Positions 12,130 through 21,097 of a DNA stretch of 64,000 nt are shown in pieces. The stretch comes from Lysobacterales bacterium. Its GTDB lineage: Bacteria > Pseudomonadota > Gammaproteobacteria > Xanthomonadales > SZUA-36. The DNA lies in the NCBI GenBank assembly GCA_021648045.1, contig JAKITM010000004.1:632-64631 (forward strand). The letters run 5' to 3'. How positions within the stretch are numbered: the stretch's first letter is position 1; the number at the start of each line of letters is the position of its first letter. The translations under genes and the position numbers were made by a program. The notes beneath the pieces were generated by a model, which did not search any database, had not been told where the DNA came from, and saw only the letters and a list, made by a program, of their open reading frames with translations.

Positions 12130-12909
12130 ATGTACTTTATGTTTAAAAGAATTTTACTTTATCTGACCATCTTTTATGTTGGTTTTGGCTTGTTTTTGTA
12201 TTCTAAACAAGACGGTTTGCTGTTTTACCCTACCGAAAAGCTGAATATTGCTGATGTCAGGGTTCAAAGCTTTACAAACCAAAACCAAACCATCAAATCA
12301 TTTGTTTTAAACCCTGGTTTGGACGATGCGATAGTTTATTTTGCGGGCAATGCTGAATCTGTTGGCATGCTGACAAATTTTTATCGGCATATTATTCCCA
12401 ATAAAACCATCTACCTGATTAATTATCGTGGTTATGGAGGAAGCACAGGCGAGCCCTCTGAGCAGGCTTTTTTCTCAGATGCATTACATATTTATGACCA
12501 GATTAAATCACAGCATCATAAGATATCCATCATTGGTAAAAGCCTAGGTTCTGGAGTTGCAGTCTATTTAGCCTCGCAAAGAGAGATATTTAAACTGGTA
12601 TTAATAACACCATTTGACAGCATTACATCACTTGCCCAAGAGAAATTTCCATTTTTCCCTGTAGGCTGGGTGATTAGAAATAAATTTGACTCGATGCAGT
12701 ACGCAAAACAGATCAAAGCTGAGGTACTGGTGTTTATTGCTGAAAACGATCAAATTATACCGCTTAAACACAGCGACAAACTTTTGCAGGTTTTGCCAAA
12801 TAAACAAAGTCACTATTTAAAAGACACTAACCATAACAGCCTTACCAATTCATCTGAGTATTCACAGCTACTTGTGCAGTTCTTTCAGCAACAAAAACCC
12901 AGGGAATAA
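12130..12909 (+). CDS. Alpha/beta-fold hydrolase with an N-terminal membrane anchor
   Basis: The nucleophile elbow is GKSLG (G-x-S-x-G) and a C-terminal HN (DTNHNS) is present. An N-terminal hydrophobic helix is visible. Alternative starts are 12103, 12130 and 12139. The gene is AT-rich compared with its neighbours. Confidence 0.7.
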   Translation: MYFMFKRILLYLTIFYVGFGLFLYSKQDGLLFYPTEKLNIADVRVQSFTNQNQTIKSFVLNPGLDDAIVYFAGNAESVGMLTNFYRHIIPNKTIYLINYRGYGGSTGEPSEQAFFSDALHIYDQIKSQHHKISIIGKSLGSGVAVYLASQREIFKLVLITPFDSITSLAQEKFPFFPVGWVIRNKFDSMQYAKQIKAEVLVFIAENDQIIPLKHSDKLLQVLPNKQSHYLKDTNHNSLTNSSEYSQLLVQFFQQQKPRE

Positions 12910-12960
12910 ACTATTCACTCTACTTTCCAACCATTTGAGATATAGCATCGTCTTATAAGT

Positions 12961-13479
12961 ATGATCAATAAAGTTTACATCGAATATTTATTGTTAAAAG
13001 AAGATAAAGCCTCTCTTCATCAAGTGCTCACACTTATTCAACCTAGGTTATTGACCTTTGCGACATCGATATTAAAAGATGAATCCTTGGCGCAAGACGC
13101 TGTTCAAGATGCACTAATGGCGATTGTTAAGGGCCTAGGAAAACTTAAGGATCATAAAAAGTTTCATGCGTGGATTTATCAAATCACCCGTAACAAGTGT
13201 CTTGATATGATTCGTAAAAACCAGAAATATAGGAATGACAGCAGCATTGAGGCAAATGATGAATTAGTTGCTTCCGTTAAAAGTGAGGATCAACTAGACA
13301 TGATGCGCGCAATTAAACAGCTGCCGCATAAACAAAGAAACATCATTCAACTATTTTATTACGATGGTTTTAGTATTTTGGAAATCGCTGAAATTTTACA
13401 AAAACCTGCGGGCACGATCAAGTCATTATTATTTGATGCCCGTAATCAATTAAAACAACTTTTTGGAGAAAAATTATGA
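12961..13479 (+). CDS. ECF-type RNA polymerase sigma-70 family factor
   Basis: 172 aa. Region 2 reads (...FHAWIYQITRNKCLDMIRK) and region 4 carries an HTH (FYYDGFSILEIAEILQKPAGTIKSLLFDARNQLK). Confidence 0.85.
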   Translation: MINKVYIEYLLLKEDKASLHQVLTLIQPRLLTFATSILKDESLAQDAVQDALMAIVKGLGKLKDHKKFHAWIYQITRNKCLDMIRKNQKYRNDSSIEANDELVASVKSEDQLDMMRAIKQLPHKQRNIIQLFYYDGFSILEIAEILQKPAGTIKSLLFDARNQLKQLFGEKL

Positions 13480-13856
13480 CTTCCATAGACGATAAAATAA
13501 AACAAGCATTAAGTGACGAATACACAGAAATCATAGCCGAAAACGACAAAACTGATGCCAATCCATTTAAACAAATGAGTGCCGGATTTAAAGGCAAAAT
13601 GGCTTGGATGTACATCATAGCTATGTTTATAGCCGCAATTTCTGCATTCATTACATTCTATGCCATATATCAGTTTTATTTTGAAACAGAAATGAAGCCA
13701 CTATTAGCTTGGGGCACTGTGATTATAGTGACAGTAATAATCACTCAAGTAAGTAAAATGTGGTATTGGTCTGAACTTGGCAAAAACCGGATCATTCGTG
13801 AAGTTAAGATACTTGAATTGCAGTTGGCGCAAGTGCTGCAAAATCAAGATAAGTGA
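13476..13856 (+). CDS. Two-TM membrane protein translationally coupled to the ECF sigma gene (candidate anti-sigma/partner)
   Basis: The start overlaps the sigma stop (ATGA). It is 126 aa, with a cytoplasmic N-terminus followed by two hydrophobic helices. I recognised no anti-sigma (ZAS) motif. Confidence 0.4.
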   Translation: MTSIDDKIKQALSDEYTEIIAENDKTDANPFKQMSAGFKGKMAWMYIIAMFIAAISAFITFYAIYQFYFETEMKPLLAWGTVIIVTVIITQVSKMWYWSELGKNRIIREVKILELQLAQVLQNQDK

Positions 13857-14149
13857 AGCTTATTAGCTGTTACAGGCCAGATACAAGAACCCGTATAGAG
13901 TACTAAATGAGTGCCTGTTCTGAATGGTAGACCTTCGACAGCAGTTAGGAAATAGGCAGAAAAAAGGGGCTGCTTTAACGCTCAAACATTTCTTGTAAAC
14001 AGGAGCAAATTTCCAGCTGTACTTTAGCGCTAATTGTTCCCAGCGGCTTTATTAACCTGGATTTATCTACATTCCAGAAGCTTGTATATGAGGAGGTTTT
14101 GTCTGAGCACCCTCCAATTTAGCAACACCTGAAAACTCCTGACACTAAC

Positions 14150-15022
14150 TCATTTGATGTGATCAAGGATTCCTTCAAATTCATCAGCTGAGTTGTACTG
14201 AATAATCAACTTGCCACGGCCATTCGGCTGGTGCTGGATTTGCACCCGCGCACCGAGTTGTTCGGTGAGTTTATCTTGAAGACGCTGGATATCGGGGCTT
14301 ACCCGGCGTTTAGGTGGTGTGTTTGGGGCACCGGTCAGCAGGCGCTTAACCAATTGCTCAGTTTGGCGTACTGTGAGTTCGCGAGCCACCACATCGCGGG
14401 CGGCGGGCAACTGTTTTTCCAGTGGCAATGCCAGTAAGGCGCGCGCATGGCCCATATCAAGCTTGCGTTCATCTACCAGCTTTTTTACCTCATCGCCAAG
14501 CTCCAGCAGGCGCAATAGATTACTGACTGCAGCCCGCGAGCGACCCACAGCTTCTGCGGCTTGTAGGTGGGTTAAACCAAACTCATCGAGCAAGCGCCGT
14601 AAAGCGACTGCTTCCTCCAGCGGGTTCAGATCTTCACGCTGAATATTTTCAATCAGTGCCATTGCCACCGTGGCTTGATCGGAAACATCGCGTATAACCG
14701 CCGGAATAGTATCCAGTCGGGCCAGCTGACAGGCTCGCCAGCGGCGTTCACCGGCAATGATTTCATAGCGTCCACCGCCGATGGCACGAACCGCTATGGG
14801 CTGCACTACACCCTGAGCAATAATCGAGTCGGCCAACTCCTGTAAACGCTCTGGGTCCATAACCGAACGCGGCTGATAACGGCCCGCCTGTAATAGATCA
14901 AGAGGGATTTCTTTGTAGACATCACTGCCTGTATCCACGCCCACATCGGTGCCTCTTAATAACTTATCAAGACCTCTTCCAAGTTTTCTTTTGTGCGGTT
15001 TTTTTGTGGTTTTTTTAGTCAT
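14150..15022 (-). CDS. parB: Chromosome partitioning protein ParB (Spo0J)
   Basis: 290 aa. It has the ParB box GERRWRA and an HTH (THLQAAEAVGRSRAAVSN). It lies downstream of parA. Confidence 0.95.
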   Translation of the reverse strand: MTKKTTKKPHKRKLGRGLDKLLRGTDVGVDTGSDVYKEIPLDLLQAGRYQPRSVMDPERLQELADSIIAQGVVQPIAVRAIGGGRYEIIAGERRWRACQLARLDTIPAVIRDVSDQATVAMALIENIQREDLNPLEEAVALRRLLDEFGLTHLQAAEAVGRSRAAVSNLLRLLELGDEVKKLVDERKLDMGHARALLALPLEKQLPAARDVVARELTVRQTEQLVKRLLTGAPNTPPKRRVSPDIQRLQDKLTEQLGARVQIQHQPNGRGKLIIQYNSADEFEGILDHIK

Positions 15023-15038
15023 AATTATTTCTCTTCAA

Positions 15039-15809
15039 TCAGCGACTGCTGGTGCGCCTAACCATCTCGCCCGCTAGGCTCAGGTAGGCTACTGCACCTT
15101 TGGAGCGCTGGTCATATTTAACCACCGGCATACCAAAACTGGGGGCTTCGGCTACGGTCACATTGCGCGGAATAATGGTTCGGTAAACACGCTTGCCGAA
15201 GTGTTCAATTAATTGCTGGGAGACTTCATTCGCGAGATTGTTACGGCCATCGTACATGGTCCGCACCAAGCCTTCTATTTGCAGACGAGGATTAATGCGC
15301 GTGCGCACTTGCTCGATGGTATTGACCAATGCTGCCAGGCCTTCCAGAGCATAATACTCACATTGCATAGGAATCAATACGCCATCGGCAGCCGTCAGTG
15401 CATTCACCGTCAGCATGTTTAACGAGGGCGGGCAATCAATAATAATATAGGCGTAATCATTAATTACCGAATCCAGCGCGGCGCTCAATGCCAGTTCGCG
15501 ATGCTCACCTTCCATCAGCCCGACTTCTGCCGCAACCAGATCATTGGTTGCCGGCAACAAGCTATAACCGGCAGCTTCAGCCTGAATAATGGCATCCTCT
15601 GTGCGACATTCTTTCAATAGGACTTCGAGCGTAGTCCATTCCAGCACCTGTGGATCCACGCCACTGCCCACGGTGGCATTGCCCTGAGGATCTAAATCCA
15701 CCAGCAACACCCATTTTTTCATCACCCCTAGAGCTGCGGCCAGATTAACCGCTGTGGTTGTCTTGCCAACGCCACCCTTCTGATTTGCTACTGCGATAAT
15801 TCTTGCCAT
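15039..15809 (-). CDS. parA: Chromosome partitioning ATPase ParA (Soj)
   Basis: The deviant Walker A is NQKGGVGKTTT. The ORF is open to 15818 (MAPMARII...). Either 15818 or 15809 could be the start. Confidence 0.95.
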   Translation of the reverse strand: MARIIAVANQKGGVGKTTTAVNLAAALGVMKKWVLLVDLDPQGNATVGSGVDPQVLEWTTLEVLLKECRTEDAIIQAEAAGYSLLPATNDLVAAEVGLMEGEHRELALSAALDSVINDYAYIIIDCPPSLNMLTVNALTAADGVLIPMQCEYYALEGLAALVNTIEQVRTRINPRLQIEGLVRTMYDGRNNLANEVSQQLIEHFGKRVYRTIIPRNVTVAEAPSFGMPVVKYDQRSKGAVAYLSLAGEMVRRTSSR

Positions 15810-15837
15810 TGGTGCCATTCAGCCTTATTGGTTGTGC

Positions 15838-16467
15838 TTATTGGTTAAGCTTCAGTTTAATCCTGAGTAAGTGGCGCTCGCCAGCTACCCCGGGAATATC
15901 TAGTTTGATACTTTCAGCTAAACAAAAATCTGCCGGTAGCGCGTCCAGTTCCAGTTGCGGCCAGCGACCTTTTGCTGCCAACATTACAGTATCTGCTGCA
16001 AATAAGTGCCGGGTCTGCTCCAGCAACACCGGCAATGCAGCCACCGCTCTGGCGGTAATCAGTGCCGGTTGTTCAGTGGCAAGCCAATCCTCAGCTCGGG
16101 ACTCTACTACGCTAATATTTTTCAGTTTCAACTCGCGTACCACATGACTAAGAAAGCGGCAGCGCTTGCCTAGCGAATCCACTAAAGTTATCGCCATCTC
16201 CGGTCGTGCAATTGCCAACGGAATACCCGGCAATCCAGCACCGGAGCCCACATCAACCAAACTGTCACCCGAAACCCAAGGCAATATCGCCAGCGAATCC
16301 AGCAAATGATGACTGATCATATCTCGCGGCTTACGCACGGCAGTTAAATTATAGGTTTTATTCCATTTCTCTAACAAGCCCACATAAGCTAACAATTGCT
16401 CAATCTGGAAGGCTTCCAGCGATAAACTCAGCTCATTCAGGCCCGCGGTAAGTTGTTCCCTGAGCAT
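15838..16467 (-). CDS. rsmG: 16S rRNA (guanine527-N7)-methyltransferase
   Basis: 209 aa with the SAM motif DVGSGAGLPGIPLA. Synteny with parAB fits. Confidence 0.93.
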   Translation of the reverse strand: MLREQLTAGLNELSLSLEAFQIEQLLAYVGLLEKWNKTYNLTAVRKPRDMISHHLLDSLAILPWVSGDSLVDVGSGAGLPGIPLAIARPEMAITLVDSLGKRCRFLSHVVRELKLKNISVVESRAEDWLATEQPALITARAVAALPVLLEQTRHLFAADTVMLAAKGRWPQLELDALPADFCLAESIKLDIPGVAGERHLLRIKLKLNQ

Positions 16468-16470
16468 CCG

Positions 16471-17100
16471 TTAATCGATTATCAGCATATTGGTCTGCTT
16501 GAGCTTTTTGCTCAGCAGGTGAACAAATTCTTTATTGGTATTACGGTATTCGGGGTCTGTGGTTTTGGTAAACATTAACCAAACCGGCTTACGAGTTGAA
16601 AAATCAACCAGCCGGGACTCAAGGTAGAACTGCTGTTGTTTCGAGGTGTATTCATAAGCACCGCTGCTAACCGTATAAACATTAGAATAGGGATGTACCC
16701 AGCCGGAATACAGATCTAGCCCCCAGTTAGGGCGTACCCACTTTTCAGATTCCTGACCACCACCGACTGAAACCACATATATGGTAATTAAGGCATCAAC
16801 TTCTTCATTGGCCATTGAAGTAATGACTTCATCGAGCTCCAGTTTTTTGCCGGATAAATTGGGCAGAATATAGCTCGGGAAAGCATCAATTCCCTGGGTG
16901 CGTAGGTATCTGGCGATGGCCGATTCGAAGCCCTCGCGACGCATAGACACACTTGCGGCAACATACACGGCAATATGGCCATACTTTTTGTCTTTTGCGT
17001 TCTCGTCTGTCCATTCTTTTTCTATTTTAACCTTGGCTGCAAGACTGCTCGCCAACAGCAGCAGGCTTAGGGTTAAAACGATCTTTCGGGTAATATTCAT
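16471..17100 (-). CDS. Hypothetical secreted protein (signal peptide), tightly coupled upstream of rsmG
   Basis: From ATG 17100 the protein reads MNITRKIVLTLSLLLLASSLAA|KV, a predicted Sec signal. Only a 3-nt gap separates it from the rsmG start. I recognised no family. The ORF is open to 17124. Confidence 0.55.
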   Translation of the reverse strand: MNITRKIVLTLSLLLLASSLAAKVKIEKEWTDENAKDKKYGHIAVYVAASVSMRREGFESAIARYLRTQGIDAFPSYILPNLSGKKLELDEVITSMANEEVDALITIYVVSVGGGQESEKWVRPNWGLDLYSGWVHPYSNVYTVSSGAYEYTSKQQQFYLESRLVDFSTRKPVWLMFTKTTDPEYRNTNKEFVHLLSKKLKQTNMLIID

Positions 17101-17233
17101 AGTGCAACTCCGGAACATAAGCACACTTAGCCAAGCGCCAAGCGATTAAATTACATTAAACAATCAGATATCAGCTATTTTAGCCTGAATTAAGCGGTGC
17201 AGAAATAAAATTAAGCTATCAGGGCGAATTTAA

Positions 17234-18241
17234 TTACTTGGGCAGTTCAATTTCATCCGCGTAATGACAGGCAACCTTGCCTTCACCACCCACTCGACGA
17301 AGAATGGGAACATCTTCAGCGCAGCGTTTACGCGCCCACGGGCAACGGGTTCTAAAAGGACAACCAGATGGCGGATCCATCGGTGAGGGGGTATCACCAT
17401 AGGTCACAATGTCCATTTTATTGCGCTCTACCTCAGGGTCAGGGATCGGCACTGCCCGCATCAGGTCGGAAGTATAGGGATGCCGGGGACGGGTATAAAT
17501 TTCTTCGCGTGGCGCCAACTCCATAACCTTACCCAGGTACATCACCATTACCCGCTCGGAAATTGATTTCACCACACTTAAATCGTGGGCGATAAATATC
17601 AACGACAAACTGAGTTTTTTTTGCAAATCTTTTAGCAGGTTTACAATTTGTGCCTGAATTGAGACATCCAGTGAAGATACCGGTTCATCACAAACCACCA
17701 GCTTGGGGTTTAGTATTAATGCGCGGGCAATGCCAACTCGTTGACACTGGCCCCCGGAAAATTCATGCGGGTAGCGATTCAACATATTTGGCAGCAAGCC
17801 AACCATTTGCATCATGCCTTTTACCCGCTCCTCAACCTGCAGCTTGTCCATGCGGGGATAAAAATTATGCAGCGGCTCAGCGATAGTATCACCAATTTTT
17901 AACCTAGGGTTCAGGGATGCAGTGGGATCCTGGAATATAATTTGCAATTCTTTGCGTTTTTCCCGTAACGAGGCGGCGCTCATTTCGTGTAATGGTTCAG
18001 ACTGCCATAAAACCCGTCCACTGGTGGGTTGTTGTAGTCCCAAAATAGCTCGTGCCAAAGTTGATTTCCCACAGCCGGACTCGCCTACAATACCTAGGGA
18101 TTCACCCGGTGCCAGTTCAAAACTTACCCCATTTAAGGCTTTAAGCATGCTTGTCTGGCGCTTAAATAATGTGCCGGTTTCTACTGGGTAATACACATGC
18201 AGATCCTGAACCCGGAGTATGGATTTACTAACATCGCTCAT
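17234..18241 (-). CDS. Peptide/nickel-type ABC transporter ATP-binding protein (OppF/DppF-like)
   Basis: 335 aa. Walker A is GESGCGKST, the signature is FSGGQCQR, Walker B is VVCDEP, and a C-terminal oligopeptide-ABC Cys-rich tail is present. Confidence 0.9.
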   Translation of the reverse strand: MSDVSKSILRVQDLHVYYPVETGTLFKRQTSMLKALNGVSFELAPGESLGIVGESGCGKSTLARAILGLQQPTSGRVLWQSEPLHEMSAASLREKRKELQIIFQDPTASLNPRLKIGDTIAEPLHNFYPRMDKLQVEERVKGMMQMVGLLPNMLNRYPHEFSGGQCQRVGIARALILNPKLVVCDEPVSSLDVSIQAQIVNLLKDLQKKLSLSLIFIAHDLSVVKSISERVMVMYLGKVMELAPREEIYTRPRHPYTSDLMRAVPIPDPEVERNKMDIVTYGDTPSPMDPPSGCPFRTRCPWARKRCAEDVPILRRVGGEGKVACHYADEIELPK

Positions 18242-19251
18242 TTCAATGCACCACCATCAAGGAAACAACGCAGTTTGTGGCCGGGGGCAACTTCGCGTAC
18301 TTCAGGCATCTGCGCGCAGGCATCAAATGCCATTTCACAACGATTCCTGAACGCACAGCCCTTGGGCAGCTTGAGCAAATTTGGCGGATTGCCAGGGATG
18401 GGATGCATATCATAGTCACCCACTTGATCAAGGCGCGGCACGGCTTTGAGCAAGGCGGCAGTATACGGATGCCGTGGGCGGTAGAAAATTTCATCCACCG
18501 GCGCGCTTTCGACCAACTGGCCTGCATACATCACCAGAACTTTATCTGCCAGACCTGCCACCACGCCAAGGTCATGGGTAATCAGAAGTATTGAAGTATT
18601 GAATTTTTCCTTGAGCTCGCGCATCAGGCGTTTAATTTGGTCCTGAACTGTCACATCCAACGCAGTAGTCGGCTCATCGGCGATCAATAACTCCGGCTGG
18701 CACAGCAGGCCCATAGCGATCAGCACCCGCTGCTGCATACCGCCGGAGTATTCATGCGGATATTGACGAATCCGCCGCTCCGGGTCGGGGATATCGACCT
18801 GGGTTAGCATTTCCAGTACGCGCAGGCGGGCATCTTTACGCGACATTTTGCGGTGACGCATTAATACTTCCAACATTTGTTCTTCGATGGTCATATACGG
18901 ATTAAGCGAAGATGTGGGGTCCTGAAAAATCATCGCGATATGCTCACCGCGCACTTCGTTAATTTCCGTCGCTGTCATTTCCAGTAAATTGCGCCCATAA
19001 AATCGGGCGGCACCTCGAGTTTTACCATTTGCAGCCAACAGCTTCATAATTGCCAACGCCGTTTGCGACTTGCCTGAACCGGATTCACCCACAATCGCCA
19101 GGGTTTCACCGGACTGCATGCTGAAATCCAGTTTATTGACCGCCTTTACTTCGCCGTCTCTGGTATTGAATACCACCTCAAGCTGCTCTACTTCAAGCAG
19201 TTTTTTTCCTTTTACTGCCATTGATCGGGTCTTGTAACCGAATTTTCGCAT
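18238..19251 (-). CDS. Peptide/nickel-type ABC transporter ATP-binding protein (OppD/DppD-like)
   Basis: 337 aa. Walker A is GESGSGKSQ, the signature is YSGGMQQR and Walker B is LIADEP. It overlaps neighbouring genes by 1-4 nt. Confidence 0.9.
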   Translation of the reverse strand: MRKFGYKTRSMAVKGKKLLEVEQLEVVFNTRDGEVKAVNKLDFSMQSGETLAIVGESGSGKSQTALAIMKLLAANGKTRGAARFYGRNLLEMTATEINEVRGEHIAMIFQDPTSSLNPYMTIEEQMLEVLMRHRKMSRKDARLRVLEMLTQVDIPDPERRIRQYPHEYSGGMQQRVLIAMGLLCQPELLIADEPTTALDVTVQDQIKRLMRELKEKFNTSILLITHDLGVVAGLADKVLVMYAGQLVESAPVDEIFYRPRHPYTAALLKAVPRLDQVGDYDMHPIPGNPPNLLKLPKGCAFRNRCEMAFDACAQMPEVREVAPGHKLRCFLDGGALK

Positions 19252-20174
19252 CAGACTCTATCTCGCGGGTCGAGGGCATCGCGCAAACCATCACCTACAT
19301 AGTTCAGACAATACAGAGTAATTGAGAGAAACACCGCCGGAAAGATCAGCATCCACGGTGCACTTTCCATATCCTGGGAACCATCGTTAACCAACGCACC
19401 CCAGGAAGTCATTGGTTCTTGTACTCCCAGGCCGAGAAAGCTGAGAAATGACTCCACTAGAATAACCTGGGGAATGGTCAAAGTAATATAAACAACAACC
19501 ACACCCATCAGATTGGGCAGAATATGTCGGGCTATAATTTGTAACGGGGTTGCACCGCAGGCAACTGCTGCTTCAACATATTCTGTTCTTTTCAGGCTTA
19601 ATGTTTGTCCACGAACAATACGCGCCATATCCAGCCAGTTTATTGCCCCAATGGCTATAAAAACCAAGATGATGTTACGACCGAATACCACCATCAGTAA
19701 AATCACAAAAAACATAAACGGCATGGCGTAAAAAATATCTACAATACGCATCATTACCTGATCAATACGGCCACCAAAATAACCGGCAATTGCGCCATAA
19801 GTTACCCCGATAAGGAGGCTAACAACGGTAGCAACAAGCCCAACCAACAACGATATTCTACCGCCCTGAAGGGTCCGCACGAATAAATCTCTGCCGACTG
19901 CATCGGTACCAAAATAATGTCCAGTGGCAATTGAAGGTGGCGAATAAATATTATCCCAATCGGTAAAGTCAGCATCCCAAGGGATTAACCAAGGACCGAC
20001 AATAACCAGCACCAAAATCAGTAATAACAGCCCGAGGCTGAAAACCGCCGCACGGTTTTTAAACAAGCGGTGACGAGCATCTTCCCACAGCGAACGACCG
20101 GCAACCTGAGGTACATCCAATGCCTGAGCGAATGCATCTTTCACTACCGCCGGCTGTTGTTTGGCCCCGTTCAT
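19251..20174 (-). CDS. ABC transporter permease (OppC/DppC-like)
   Basis: 307 aa, polytopic, with a BPD-transporter EAA-like loop (EYVEAAVACGATPLQII). Confidence 0.9.
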   Translation of the reverse strand: MNGAKQQPAVVKDAFAQALDVPQVAGRSLWEDARHRLFKNRAAVFSLGLLLLILVLVIVGPWLIPWDADFTDWDNIYSPPSIATGHYFGTDAVGRDLFVRTLQGGRISLLVGLVATVVSLLIGVTYGAIAGYFGGRIDQVMMRIVDIFYAMPFMFFVILLMVVFGRNIILVFIAIGAINWLDMARIVRGQTLSLKRTEYVEAAVACGATPLQIIARHILPNLMGVVVVYITLTIPQVILVESFLSFLGLGVQEPMTSWGALVNDGSQDMESAPWMLIFPAVFLSITLYCLNYVGDGLRDALDPRDRV

Positions 20175-21091
20175 TTATAGTGGACCCTCGGGTTCAACCA
20201 AGCATAGATCAGATCCACCAGAAAATTAAACAGGATAATCAGGGCACCGTAAAAAATCACCACGCCCATTACCAGCGTGTAATCACGGTTCATTGCACCC
20301 TGAACAAAAAAACTGCCAATGCCGGGGATAGCAAATATTTTCTCAATCACCACAGAACCGGTAATCAGGCCAGCTAAAGCTGGACCCATAAATGAAATTA
20401 CCGGCAATAATGCAGGTTTCATCGCATGCCGTCGAATAACGGTCATTTCCGACAGACCCTTGGCACGGGCTGTGCGAATGAAGTCACTGTGCAGGACTTC
20501 AATCATAGAACCCCGCATCAGCCGTGCAATATAGGCGGTAACCGGCATCGCCAATGTGATCACCGGCAAAACCATATTCCGCCAGTTCCATTCCCAACCG
20601 CCGGATGGCAACCAGCCCCAATAAACGGATATCACCAGTATCAACAACGGTGCGATGACGAAATTCGGGATGGAAATACCCAGCATGGCATAACCCATCA
20701 AGCCATGATCAAGGACACTATTCTGCCGCAAAGCAGCGATCGTCCCGATGCCAATACCGAGGGTGAAAGATAGCAGCATGGCCAAGGCGCCGATGCTCAG
20801 GGATACCGGAAAACCTTTTGCAATCAGTTGGTTTACTGTCCAGTCGCGATATTGAAAAGACGGCCCGAAATCAAAGCGCAGAATTTGTCCCAGATAACGG
20901 AAGTACTGCTGCACCAAGGGTTCGTCTAGATGATATTTGGCATTTAAGTTTTGTTCGATTTCTGGCGGCAGGTTTTTTTCACTATCAAACGGACCGCCAG
21001 GCGCCACCCGTATCATAAAAAACGCCACGGTAATCAACAACAGTAAAGTCGGAAAGGCCCACGCCAACCGTCTTAAGGAATAATTCAGCAT
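20171..21091 (-). CDS. ABC transporter permease (OppB/DppB-like)
   Basis: 306 aa. The N-terminus has LRRLAWAFPTLLLLITVAFFMIRVAPGGPF, the hallmark of OppB/DppB permeases. Confidence 0.9.
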   Translation of the reverse strand: MLNYSLRRLAWAFPTLLLLITVAFFMIRVAPGGPFDSEKNLPPEIEQNLNAKYHLDEPLVQQYFRYLGQILRFDFGPSFQYRDWTVNQLIAKGFPVSLSIGALAMLLSFTLGIGIGTIAALRQNSVLDHGLMGYAMLGISIPNFVIAPLLILVISVYWGWLPSGGWEWNWRNMVLPVITLAMPVTAYIARLMRGSMIEVLHSDFIRTARAKGLSEMTVIRRHAMKPALLPVISFMGPALAGLITGSVVIEKIFAIPGIGSFFVQGAMNRDYTLVMGVVIFYGALIILFNFLVDLIYAWLNPRVHYK

Positions 21092-21097
21092 GTTCGT

